From assembly GCA_963745025.1 (NCBI GenBank), contig CAVUWD010000019.1, forward strand, positions 128,001-192,000: a stretch of DNA of 64,000 bases. Direction: 5' to 3'. Position 1 is the first letter of the stretch. Each line of letters begins with the position of its first letter. This stretch comes from an uncultured delta proteobacterium (lineage in GTDB: Bacteria; Desulfobacterota; Binatia; JACPRU01). The notes beneath the pieces are model-generated. The model was not told the DNA's origin. It did not search any database and saw nothing but the letters and a program-made list of their open reading frames with translations. Both the position numbers and the translations under genes were made by a program. This document shows positions 30,872-41,821 of this stretch, in pieces.

Positions 30872-32331
30872 CCGGCCTCCTCCACGTCGAAACGGAGCTG
30901 GCCGAGCATGCCGATCAGGGCGACGTCCTTGTCGGGACCGCCCTCGACGAGCTCCACGTGCGTCGCATCGGCGGGAAACTGACCGAACGTCGGGTCGACG
31001 GCGATCCAGGCGCCGAGCCAGACTTCGTTCCAGGCGTGGTAATAGAATGCGGCGGGGGTCCCCCCGTCGCGGGGCATGTACACGACTCCGGCCACCATCC
31101 GGGCCGGCAGGCCGGCAGCGCGCGCCAGCGTCGCGTAGAGCACGGCGTGCTCGTTGCAATCGCCCTTGCGCTCCGCGAGCACCTCCACGGCGTTCGGCAC
31201 GCTGATCGTCGGCACCTTCGCGAGGTTCGTGTGCACCCAATCGAGGATCCTTCGCGCGCTCCGCATCGCATCGGAGTCGGCGCCGACGATCTCGGCGGCG
31301 AGCCGGCGGATGCTCGGATCGTCCGTTTGGAAGAATGCCGTCGGACGGAGATCGTCGGCCAGCTCCGGGTCGCGCCCAGGGAGCGCGTACGAGTGCAGCG
31401 CTGCCTCGTCGTCGCGCTCGATGACGAGTACGTCGTTTTCGAGTCGTTGACGCGGGGGAAACGACAGCGCCGCAGGCGCCGGAGCCGCGGAGACCCGCAG
31501 TCGCAGCCGGCGAGCGCTCCGCGGCTCCGCGATCGCGCGTGCGACCGTGATCGCCGCCGCGGTGCCGAGGTCGACGCCGCCGCTGTCGATTCCGCTCATC
31601 GCGGCGCTCGCGTCCTTCTCGCGAACGATCGTCATGCCGAGCGGCCCTTCTTCCTTGACGACCTCTCCGCTGGCGTCGACCCACAAGCGGAAATGCGAGC
31701 CTTGATACTCCTCGTCCACCCGGTACGCGGAGCGAGCTCCGGCGGGCAACGTGACGCGTTCCATCGGCCCCACGGTCAAGGAAACGGGGGCGGGCGTGTT
31801 GCTCAGCGGGTCGAAGAGCGCGTAGCGCAGCGTTCGACCCTTCTCGAGGCGTTCCTGGCCGAGGAAATCCGCCAGCGTCTCGGAGAGCGCGATGGGTGGC
31901 GACATCGGCATGTGGACGGCCCGCGCGCCGGGGGAGTCGGAGGTGAGCGCGAGCTCGTTTCCCTGCGCGATGCCCCGGAGCGTGAAGTCGATGGTGCCCG
32001 AGCGCAGGTGGAAGACGAAGCGCCGCAGGCGCAGGCTGCGATCGGTCTCGGCTTCGAGGCTCGTGCGCACGAGCTGGGCCGTGCCCATCATTCTCAATTG
32101 CATCTGCGCGTCGGACTCCACCGAGAAACCGTCCTCGGTCGGTTTGCGCACGCGGTGCGAGTAACCGATCTTCTTCCCCTCGCCGTAGATGCCGTGCCAC
32201 TGCTCGCTCGCCTCGGCGGGAAGCGGCCGCGTGGGCGTGAGCGGCTCGCGCACCGCTCCGCTGCGAACGACGAGGGTGATCATCACCGCGACCCAGGTGA
32301 TCAAGACGGCGCTTCGCGCGAGCGTTCGCAA
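30868..32331 (-). CDS. Membrane-anchored transglutaminase-like protein
   Basis: N-terminal TM. Cys-His-Asp triad motifs GDCNEHA, YHAWNEV and WIAVDPT. Confidence 0.88.
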   Translation of the reverse strand: MRTLARSAVLITWVAVMITLVVRSGAVREPLTPTRPLPAEASEQWHGIYGEGKKIGYSHRVRKPTEDGFSVESDAQMQLRMMGTAQLVRTSLEAETDRSLRLRRFVFHLRSGTIDFTLRGIAQGNELALTSDSPGARAVHMPMSPPIALSETLADFLGQERLEKGRTLRYALFDPLSNTPAPVSLTVGPMERVTLPAGARSAYRVDEEYQGSHFRLWVDASGEVVKEEGPLGMTIVREKDASAAMSGIDSGGVDLGTAAAITVARAIAEPRSARRLRLRVSAAPAPAALSFPPRQRLENDVLVIERDDEAALHSYALPGRDPELADDLRPTAFFQTDDPSIRRLAAEIVGADSDAMRSARRILDWVHTNLAKVPTISVPNAVEVLAERKGDCNEHAVLYATLARAAGLPARMVAGVVYMPRDGGTPAAFYYHAWNEVWLGAWIAVDPTFGQFPADATHVELVEGGPDKDVALIGMLGQLRFDVEEAG

Positions 32332-32474
32332 CGGATCTTTAGTTGTTCCGGCCTACTGGGGCACGTTGGGGCATCGTCAGAGGCGTCTTGAAGGCCGAGT
32401 CAAAGACTACTAGAAGGCTGCCTAGCAGGCCAACTGAGGTTCGCAGGGGACAACGTGCGAAGAGAGGAGCTCCG

Positions 32475-33286
32475 GTGGCGACGGTAGCAACTTCACTCGG
32501 CTCGCGAAGGTTCGGCGAGACCGCACGACGCGACGCCTGGTGGGTTCAGCCGCTCGCCGTGTTCGCCGGTTTCAGCGCGTTCATCGTGTACGCGACGTGG
32601 GCGGCATTTCAGGGCGAGCACTACACCTACGGACCGTACCTCTCGCCGTTCTATTCGCCGGAGCTCTTCGGCGACTCGCCGCACGCGTGGTTCGGGCCGA
32701 AGCCGGGCTGGTGGCCGGCCTGGCTGCCGCTTTTCGCCGGCGCTCTTGATCCTCTGGGTTCCCGGCCGGCTTCCGCTTCACCTGCTACTACTACCGCGGC
32801 GCCTACTACAAGGCGTTCTGGGCCGATCCGCCCTCCTGCGCCGTCGGCGAGCCGCGCAAGAGCTACCGCGGCGAGCAGCGTCGTTCCCGCTCATCCTGCA
32901 GAACGTCCACCGCTACTTCCTGTACCTGGCGCTCGTGTTCCTCGTCATCCTGTCCTACGACGTCTGGAAGGCGCTGTGGTTCGCCGACCCGGCCACGGGC
33001 CAGGTGCAGTTCGGCATCGGCGTCGGCACGCTCGATCCTGGCGGTCAACGTCGTCCTGCTCGGCGGCTACACGTTCGGCTGCCACTCGTTGCGCCATCTC
33101 GTCGGCGGCGGGCTCGACCTGCTCTCGAAGGCGCCCGGTGCGCGAGAGGCGCTACAACTGCGTCAGCTGCCTCAACCGCCGGCACATGCTCTGGGCGTGG
33201 ACGAGCCTCTTCTTGGTCGGCATTCACCGACTTCTACGTCCGGCTGTGCTCGATGGGCATCTGGTCACCGACTGGAGGATCTTCTG

Positions 33287-33287
<1 letters not shown>
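32475..33287 (+). CDS. Succinate dehydrogenase membrane anchor, Sdh1/Rv0249c-like (multiple apparent frameshifts)
   Basis: Pieces YLSPFYSP, GFRFTCYYYRGAYYKAF, LILQNVHRYF, GYTFGCHSLRHL and LNRRHM occur across frames. Confidence 0.8.
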
Positions 33288-35117
<1,830 letters not shown>

Positions 35118-35865
35118 ATGACAGGCCACGTTCCGCATCTGGCGCGGCGACGCGTCCGGCGGCCGGTTCCAGGACTACCCGACCGAGGTCTCCGAGGGCA
35201 TGGTCGTGCTCGACGCGGTCCACCAGATCCAGGCCGAGCAGGCGAACGATCTCGCCGTGCGCTGGAACTGCAAGGCGGGCAAGTGCGGCTCGTGCTCGGC
35301 CGAGATCAACGGCATGCCGCAAGCTCATGTGCATGACGCGCCTCGCGGATCTGCCGCTCGAGCGAGCCGGTCACCGTCGAGCCGATGCAGGCCTTCCCGC
35401 ATGTCAAGGATCTGGTGACCGACGTCTCGTGGAACTTTCGCGGTCAAGAAGCGGATCAAGCCGTTCAAGCCGCGGCCGCCCGACGCGCCGGACGGCACCT
35501 GGCGGATGGCCCAGGAGGACGTCGATCGCGTGCAGGAGTTCCGCAAGTGCATCGAGTGCTTCCTCTGCCAGGACGTCTGCCACGTGCTGCGCGACCACCA
35601 CCTGCACGACGAGTTCATCGGCCCGCGCTTCTTCGTCTACGCCGCGGCGCTCGAGATGCATCCGCTCGACACCGAGGACCGGCTCGACGAGCTGCGCAAG
35701 ACGCAGGGCATCGGCTACTGCAACATCACCAAGTGCTGCACCAAGGTCTGCCCGGAGAACATCACGATCACCGACAACGCCATCATTCCGCTGAAGGAGC
35801 GGGTGGTGGACGAGTTCTACGACCCGCTGCGTCGACTGTTTGGAGGACGGCGCTCCGGCAAGTAG
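35118..35865 (+). CDS. sdhB: Succinate dehydrogenase iron-sulfur subunit (apparent frameshifts)
   Basis: RWNCKAGKCGSC, KCIECFLCQDVC and CNITKCCTKVCP. Confidence 0.9.
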
Positions 35866-36086
35866 TCGAAAAGGGACTGGGTCCCTCTTCGAGCGAGGTG
35901 TGATCCTGTACGCTCGAGCGACCGTCGAAGGACGCCGTGCATCGGGCGACCGAGAGGGCGGAGCGTCACCGGCTGTTGAACGAGCCGTCCGAGGCGGAGA
36001 GCATCTGCCAAGACGTATCGCACGTGGCGCCGCAGAAGCCTGATGGCAGACGTTGAAGCCGCGCGTCGCTTCCTTTAGCTTCGGCA

Positions 36087-36602
36087 GTGGTGACCGCAAA
36101 TTCCCTTCCGCGCTTTGTTGCGGACAAGACCTTGGGCCGCTTGGCGCGGTGGCTTCGCATCGTCGGGTGCGACGTACTCTATGGGCCGAACTTTTCCGGG
36201 AAGGGACTCTTGTCGGCGGCTCGGCGTGAGGATCGCATCGTGCTGACCCGTGACCGGCGGCTCACGCGCAGAGCGGGCATGCCCCCGTTTCTGCTAGTCG
36301 AGAGCGACCGCTTCCGCGATCAGCTCCGGCAGGTGATCCACGCCTTCGCGATCGATCCGGGAGAGGCGCTCTTCCGACGCTGCGTCGAGTGTAACGCCGA
36401 GCTCGTCGAGGTGGCGCGCGAAGAGGCCGCGGGACAAGTCCCGCCATTCGTGCTGGCCACGCAGACCCGGTTCCGTCGCTGCCCCCGCTGCCGGCATTTC
36501 TACTGGGAGGCGACGCATGTCGCGCGCGTGCGCGACGAGCTCTCCCGTATGGGTCTCGCGTCGAGGGATGCCGCAGCGGTGGCCGGCGAGGATCCTCGGT
36601 GA
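36087..36602 (+). CDS. Mut7-C RNase domain protein (PIN plus Zn ribbon)
   Basis: RFVADKTLGRLARWLRIVG.D, RIVLTRD, RCVECN, RCPRC..YW.ATH. Confidence 0.88.
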   Translation: MVTANSLPRFVADKTLGRLARWLRIVGCDVLYGPNFSGKGLLSAARREDRIVLTRDRRLTRRAGMPPFLLVESDRFRDQLRQVIHAFAIDPGEALFRRCVECNAELVEVAREEAAGQVPPFVLATQTRFRRCPRCRHFYWEATHVARVRDELSRMGLASRDAAAVAGEDPR

Positions 36603-36901
36603 GCCCGACCCCCGGCGTCTTTCTCGAGGCTGGCGACTTCGCGATCGGCCGCTGCACGGAGTGTCGTCGCGAAGTGCTCACCTACCCGGACGAGGTGCGC
36701 CCCGGAGAGGAGTGCGTCCGGCGCTGCCTTCACTGCGACGTGCGCGTCGCGGGTGAGCTCCGCTGGATCGACGTGGCGGATCTCGGGGCGGTCGGCTACG
36801 CGGTCGATTCGGGCGAAGATGCCGGAGGCGGTTGCGCGACGTGCGCGAGCGGCTGCGTGGTGAGGACCCCGAGCGAGACGAGAGGGGTTCGAAGGAGCTA
36901 G
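36599..36901 (+). CDS. Small Cys-rich hypothetical protein
   Basis: GTGA overlap with the Mut7-C gene. CxxC, CxxxCxxC and CxxCxxxC motifs. Confidence 0.65.
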   Translation: MSPTPGVFLEAGDFAIGRCTECRREVLTYPDEVRPGEECVRRCLHCDVRVAGELRWIDVADLGAVGYAVDSGEDAGGGCATCASGCVVRTPSETRGVRRS

Positions 36902-36939
36902 ACGTTCAACAGCAATCTGGGCGCCTGGCCGAGTTCATC

Positions 36940-37002
36940 GGCGATCGGCCGTCAGCGATCGGCATCGTGGTGGCGAAGGCGGAGAGCCGAGAGCCGAAAC
37001 CC
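36940..37002. repeat. Heptamer palindrome, sister family 2, overlapping the rluA 3' end
   Basis: ggcgatc ggccgtc agcgatc...gaaggcg gagagcc gagagcc gaaaccc. Confidence 0.45.
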
Positions 37003-37914
37003 GAGGCGGCGAAGAGCGATCGCGAAGTCTTCGGGCACCCGGCTCTCCACGGCGATCCGCTTGCCGGTCTCCGGATGGTCGAACTCGATCCGCCGTGCAT
37101 GCAGAAGATGGCGGCCCTCGGGGATGGGATCGCCCCCGTAGAGCGTGTCGCCGAGCACGGGATGACCGATCGCGGCGAGATGCGCGCGGATCTGATGCAT
37201 GACTCCGGTTGGAAGCTCCACTTCGAGGAACGTCGCATCCGAGCCACGGCCGCGCGGCCGAAAACGGGTGACTGCCGGCCGGGCGCGGCGAGAGGACTCC
37301 CCTTCCTCGAGCACTCGCACCTTACGGCGGTTGCGTGGGTGAGGCTCGATCGCTCGCGTGACCTCGCCGGCGCTCGTCAACGCACCCTGAACGACCGCCA
37401 CGTAGAGCTTGCCGACCTTTCGCTCGCGAAACTGCCGCCGCAGTGCTTTCCACGCTTCGCGCGTCCGGGCCGCGAGCAGCACCCCAGAGGTCTCGGTGTC
37501 GAGCCGATGCACGAGCCCCGCCTCGAGCGGCGTGTCGCCGGCGCTCGAGCAGTCGGGGAAGCGCCCCGTCAGGAAGTTGGCGATCGTGCCGCGCTCGCCC
37601 GATCTGAGCGCGTGGCCCGCACGCCCCGCCGGCTTGTCGAGGGCGACGCAGCTCAAGTCCTCGAACAAAATGGCGATGGGTGGTTCCGGCTCCGCGGGCA
37701 ACGCTGCGATCGCCGAATCGTCCACGGCGACTTCGATGACGCACTCGCCGCGAAGCATCTCCCCCTTCCGTACGCGGCGCCCGTCGATACGAACCGAGCC
37801 GTCCTCGAGGAGGCGCTGGATGCGCTGACGCGAGAAGCCGCTGAGCGATTCGGCGAGCAGGCGGTCGACTCGGGCCGCATAGTCGCTCGGAAGGTGGATG
37901 CGACGCCGGATCAT
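36952..37914 (-). CDS. RluA/RluD family pseudouridine synthase
   Basis: S4 domain RVDRLL, LDKPAG, VHRLDTETSG, TGVMHQIRAH and GD.LYG. Confidence 0.92.
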   Translation of the reverse strand: MIRRRIHLPSDYAARVDRLLAESLSGFSRQRIQRLLEDGSVRIDGRRVRKGEMLRGECVIEVAVDDSAIAALPAEPEPPIAILFEDLSCVALDKPAGRAGHALRSGERGTIANFLTGRFPDCSSAGDTPLEAGLVHRLDTETSGVLLAARTREAWKALRRQFRERKVGKLYVAVVQGALTSAGEVTRAIEPHPRNRRKVRVLEEGESSRRARPAVTRFRPRGRGSDATFLEVELPTGVMHQIRAHLAAIGHPVLGDTLYGGDPIPEGRHLLHARRIEFDHPETGKRIAVESRVPEDFAIALRRLGFRLSALRLRHHDADR

Positions 37915-39161
37915 CGGGGTTCCAGGAAAGGCGCCGCGGAGTCCTTGCCTGTAGCCCGTGGCCCGAAGCCGGTAGCCGTCTTTTCCGCGAGCGCGACGAC
38001 CTCCACGTGCTCGGTTTGCGGCAGCATGTCGAACGGCTGGAGCCGAACGGCTGGGTAGCCGAAGCCGGTGAGACGGTCGAGATCGCGAGCGAGCGTGGCG
38101 GCATCGCAGGAGACGTAGATGATGCGCCGCGGCTCCAGCGCGGCGATCTGCTCGAGCACGGCTCGTGACGCCCCCTTGCGGGTGGGATTCAGCGTGACGA
38201 CGTCGAGCCGCCCGACGCGCTCGCGGACGCGTGGCAAGACGTCTTCGGCAAGCCCCTCCTCGAAGCGCGCGTTGTGGACGCCGTTGCGGCGCGCGTTCGA
38301 GCGGGCGTCGCGCACCGCCGCCGGCGACTCTTCGATGCCGACGACCGTTTTCGCGCGGGTCGCCAGGTAGAACGAAAGCGGGCCGATGCCGCAGAAGAGG
38401 TCGAGCGCTCGATCCGCCCCGCTGGGCGCAGCCCACTCGAGCGCCGTCTCGTAGATCCGCCGGGCGGCCCAGACGTTCGATTGCAGGAACGAGGCCGGAC
38501 CCACCTGAAGCTTCAGGAAGCCGATCCGCTCGACGAGCTCCGCAGGAGGGCGCAGCGTCGCGAACCGTCGCCCCAGAATCACGTTGCCGGGGGCGGGGTT
38601 GTGGTTGTAGACGACGCCTGCGAGCGAATGGCAGCGACGCACGAGCCGGCGGCAGAGCTCCCGCAACGTGCGGTCGTCGGCACACGCGCTCACCAATACG
38701 AGCACGACCCGCCGCATCCACGCGCTGTAGCGGGCGACGAGGTAACGGAGCTCTCCCGTACCGCGCCGCTCGTCGTATGCCTCGACCCCGAGCGTCCCGG
38801 CCTCCTCGAGCGCGGCGACCACGACTTCCGTGAGGGCCGGGTGTTGCACGGCGCAGCGCTCGGCATCCACTAGGCGGTGGCTGCCCGGGGCGTACACACC
38901 CGCGCGGAGTCGACCGTCGCGCCCCGCGCGGACCGCGAGCTTGGCGACGTTGCGATATCCGAAGAGATCGCGAGATCCGATCACGTCTTCGATCCGTGCG
39001 TCGCGCAGGCCGGGATACGCGGACAGCGCCTCCTCGACGCGTCGGCGCTTCCGAGCGAGCTGCTCGCGGTATGGACGCCCGCGAAGCGGGCAGGGAACGC
39101 AGCTCGGCGCGTGCGGGCAAAGCTCGCGGCTCGCCCCTGGGTTCAGACGCTCACGGCGCAC
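37911..39161 (-). CDS. rlmD: 23S rRNA (uracil-5)-methyltransferase, no TRAM domain
   Basis: CPHAPSCVPC Fe-S motif, SFLQSN, DLFCGIG, YVSCD and FDMLPQTEHVE. Confidence 0.9.
   Translation of the reverse strand: MRRERLNPGASRELCPHAPSCVPCPLRGRPYREQLARKRRRVEEALSAYPGLRDARIEDVIGSRDLFGYRNVAKLAVRAGRDGRLRAGVYAPGSHRLVDAERCAVQHPALTEVVVAALEEAGTLGVEAYDERRGTGELRYLVARYSAWMRRVVLVLVSACADDRTLRELCRRLVRRCHSLAGVVYNHNPAPGNVILGRRFATLRPPAELVERIGFLKLQVGPASFLQSNVWAARRIYETALEWAAPSGADRALDLFCGIGPLSFYLATRAKTVVGIEESPAAVRDARSNARRNGVHNARFEEGLAEDVLPRVRERVGRLDVVTLNPTRKGASRAVLEQIAALEPRRIIYVSCDAATLARDLDRLTGFGYPAVRLQPFDMLPQTEHVEVVALAEKTATGFGPRATGKDSAAPFLEPR
37925..37977. repeat. HPR family 1, copy 5 (half copy inside the rlmD 3' end)
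   Basis: ggaaagg cgccgcggagt ccttgcc tgtagcc cgtggcc cgaagcc ggtagcc gtctttt. Confidence 0.8.
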
Positions 39162-40872
39162 GGAGCGGCGAGGGGTGGGGGCGCAACCGGCCTCGCCGCG
39201 GGCGGATCATCAAGCAAGTCACGAACCGCGGATCGATCGGCCGGTCCGGCAAGACGGCCAAGAATTCTTCCTCGAAGCGGCGCAGGCTGAAATCCACAAA
39301 TCCGCGAGGGACGGGATTTGCCTCGTAGAAGCGCTCGCGAACCGCCGCGCGGAGGCGGCCGGTCTCCGGGTCGAGCGTGGCCTGCCGAAGCTCCGTCAGG
39401 TCGTCCTCCCCGAGCGGTTCGATGCTCGGGCTGCGGCCGAGCACGAAATGGGCGAATCCAGTCAGAAGCACCGCGCTGATGCGGAAATCGTCGGCGTCGC
39501 TCGGGCGCAGCGCTGCAAGCTGCGCGGCGGACTGGCCGAGGAGCCGCGGGCAGACTTCGGCGAGCGATGCGACGTCGGCCAGAAGCGCTCGCGCGCGGTC
39601 GAGGTCGGCGAGTGATGCGAACGGGCGGTAGCGAATCTCCCCCGGGCGCTCGATGCCCTCGTAGAATCGTGGCTTCATGCCGAGAAGCCCAGCCAGTCCT
39701 TCACGGTACGGCGTATCGAGAAACGCCATCTCGCCCGTGGGCGATCCGATGCCGAGCGCCTCCACCGCTCGCTTCGCCGATTTGCGCAGTTCGAGCAGGA
39801 TCTCCCAGGCAACGCGGAACAGGTGCTGGACATAGTGGTGTTGAAGGAGCCGGATCGCCTCCGTCGTCTCGGAACGGGACAGTGACTCGAGCGCGAGGTT
39901 CACGGTGTCGTGCGCGACGCGGATGTTTTCCGCGACCCGATCCCGATCGGCGAAGTCCACGCCCTCTGCGACGAGCACGTGATTCACGAGGTAGGCGAGC
40001 TCGTGGCGAAGCTCGCTCGCCGCTTCTCCGGAGAAGCCCACATGCAGAACCTGAGAGAAGAAGGACGATCCGTCCTCGGGGAGGATCAGCGCACGGTCCT
40101 GCGGAAGGGCCTCCGAATCGTCGGCGACGGAGCGACCGAGCGGCTCGGACCGCTCGGCGAGATCCCTCGCCGGCAGCGGCCGATAGATCTGCTGCGCCTC
40201 GTAGTAGTCGGGGAACCCGCGGTCCTGCAGGCGAGCATTGCGCAGCCGAAAGGCGGCCTCTTCGAGGTCGCTGTCCACGCCCCACCAGGTCTCCTCCATG
40301 ACCGTCACGAAATAGCCGTAGTCCCGCTCGTAGAGCGCCTCGATGAGGCTCCGCACCAGCGGTATACGAGCATCTGGACGGTGAAAGAAGATTTGGTAGT
40401 GCTCGTCGAGCTCGAACACCTCGCGCCCTTCGGTATCGTCCTCCGGCTCCTCGGGATCCTCGCGCCGGTGGATTCGCACGAAACGCCGGAGCAGCAACAC
40501 CAAGAGATCGCGGTCGATCGAGTTCAGCAGCTCGCCGACAGGCCGTGCGCCGGCTTCGACGATCACCTCGAGCCAATTGAGAAGCGTCGCCGTCTCCAGA
40601 CGATCCTTCTTCCAGCAGTCGAGATCGACGAGCGCGCAGACCTGCTCGCCGGACGCGAGCGAGAGCAGATCCACCCCGTCCTCGAGGCCGATCTCTTTGA
40701 GCGTGTGGAAGAGACTCTCGGCGGCGAACGACCGCACGAGCCGCTGCGCGTTCGGTGCGCTGAGGATCAGATCGCGCCGGTCCCGTGCAGAAACCCCATA
40801 GAGCGCGTCGAGCTGCTCGCGGAACGGCAGGCTGTTGAACGCGTCGGAGCTGTAGGCACGCTGATTGGGCAT
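39151..40872 (-). CDS. DUF6178-like conserved protein
   Basis: LASGEQV..LVDLDCW.KDRL and LEE.A.R.R..RL.D.GFP.Y.EA motifs. Family call is from memory. Confidence 0.7.
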   Translation of the reverse strand: MPNQRAYSSDAFNSLPFREQLDALYGVSARDRRDLILSAPNAQRLVRSFAAESLFHTLKEIGLEDGVDLLSLASGEQVCALVDLDCWKKDRLETATLLNWLEVIVEAGARPVGELLNSIDRDLLVLLLRRFVRIHRREDPEEPEDDTEGREVFELDEHYQIFFHRPDARIPLVRSLIEALYERDYGYFVTVMEETWWGVDSDLEEAAFRLRNARLQDRGFPDYYEAQQIYRPLPARDLAERSEPLGRSVADDSEALPQDRALILPEDGSSFFSQVLHVGFSGEAASELRHELAYLVNHVLVAEGVDFADRDRVAENIRVAHDTVNLALESLSRSETTEAIRLLQHHYVQHLFRVAWEILLELRKSAKRAVEALGIGSPTGEMAFLDTPYREGLAGLLGMKPRFYEGIERPGEIRYRPFASLADLDRARALLADVASLAEVCPRLLGQSAAQLAALRPSDADDFRISAVLLTGFAHFVLGRSPSIEPLGEDDLTELRQATLDPETGRLRAAVRERFYEANPVPRGFVDFSLRRFEEEFLAVLPDRPIDPRFVTCLMIRPRRGRLRPHPSPLRAP

Positions 40873-40933
40873 CGCTTCACAGAACCTAACATCGACCGCG
40901 AGGGCTGGGAAGAAACCCTACCGCGAGCCGCAC

Positions 40934-41050
40934 GACGTACGGCCGGGAGAATACACAGTCGACGTCTGGCACGAGGCGCTCGGTCAAGAGAGCGCAAGGG
41001 TGACGGTGGGTCCCGGCAAGGAGACCCGGGTCGACTTCGCGCTCGGCGGC
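40934..41050 (+). pseudogene. Orphan C-terminal fragment of a carboxypeptidase-regulatory-like beta-sandwich protein
   Basis: DVRPGEYTVDVWHEALGQESARVTVGPGKETRVDFAL with no credible upstream part. Confidence 0.55.
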
Positions 41051-41164
41051 GAGTCGTCGGCTTCGCGTCTCCTCCTGCCTCGCGCGTCGGAGCGCCTGTG
41101 GTTCGCCGCAACCATCGCGGTGGGCGTGCAAGAGAGCGATGGAGGTATCGCCCCTTCGGGCTCC

Positions 41165-41821
41165 TCACCGCGTGGGCGTCCGCTCCGACTCCGCCTTTCG
41201 CAGCTCCTTCTGGTACTGGGCGTAGAGGTCGTCGAGCTCTTTCTGCAGCTTGGGAAGCTGCTCGTTCAGCAGCCGTGTCAGCTCCCCGCCGGTGACCGTG
41301 AGCTGGGCGGAAAGTCGTGCGACCTGATCCTTGAACTTGCCCCATTCCGGCGAGCGCTGCAGCTCCTCCAGGTTTCGCCGAAACTGCTCCACTCCCTGGG
41401 ACATCGCGCGCGCGAGTTCGTCGGCGCTGATCCGTCCGCGGCGCAGCCAGACCTCCGCGAGTGAACGTGCTCCCTGGAAGCGCATGTTCGGCTCGGCCAG
41501 CGGGCTCTTCGCGTCGATCACGAAATATTCGATGCTCGGGCGCCCGCCCGCGACCGCCTCGTTGACCACGAACGTCCCCGACCTGCGGATCTGCTCGCGA
41601 GCCGCGGCATCGATCGCGATCTTGATCTCGACCGTGTCGCGCTCGCCGAATCCGACGTCGGTCACGTCGCCGATCCGCTTCGCTTCGAACATCACGGCAT
41701 CTCCTGGGCGGAGGCCCTTGGAGTTCTCGACGTCGACGACGAGCGGCAGAGCCCCCGCGGAGGCGAGCCTCGCTGCGAAGAGAAGCGCTGAAGCCGTCCA
41801 GGACAATCTTCGTCGAGTCAT
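41165..41821 (-). CDS. Single-MCE (MlaD-like) domain protein with coiled coil
   Basis: Signal peptide, GLRPGDAV.FEAKRIGDV and a helical C-terminus. Confidence 0.75.
   Translation of the reverse strand: MTRRRLSWTASALLFAARLASAGALPLVVDVENSKGLRPGDAVMFEAKRIGDVTDVGFGERDTVEIKIAIDAAAREQIRRSGTFVVNEAVAGGRPSIEYFVIDAKSPLAEPNMRFQGARSLAEVWLRRGRISADELARAMSQGVEQFRRNLEELQRSPEWGKFKDQVARLSAQLTVTGGELTRLLNEQLPKLQKELDDLYAQYQKELRKAESERTPTR

Noticed and set aside
28428-32200. Apparent 717-aa and 694-aa fusion ORFs around the ABC genes (likewise 36952-39120, 41165-43096, 7222-9078)
   Set aside because: The N-terminal extensions are off-frame read-through of neighbouring genes, and 7222-9078 is wholly off-frame or antisense. 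True starts are at 30119, 30871, 37914 and 41821.
35870-35890. aaagggac-tgg-gtccctct hairpin after sdhB as a further repeat family
   Set aside because: It is a single occurrence in this window and could be a simple terminator-like stem.
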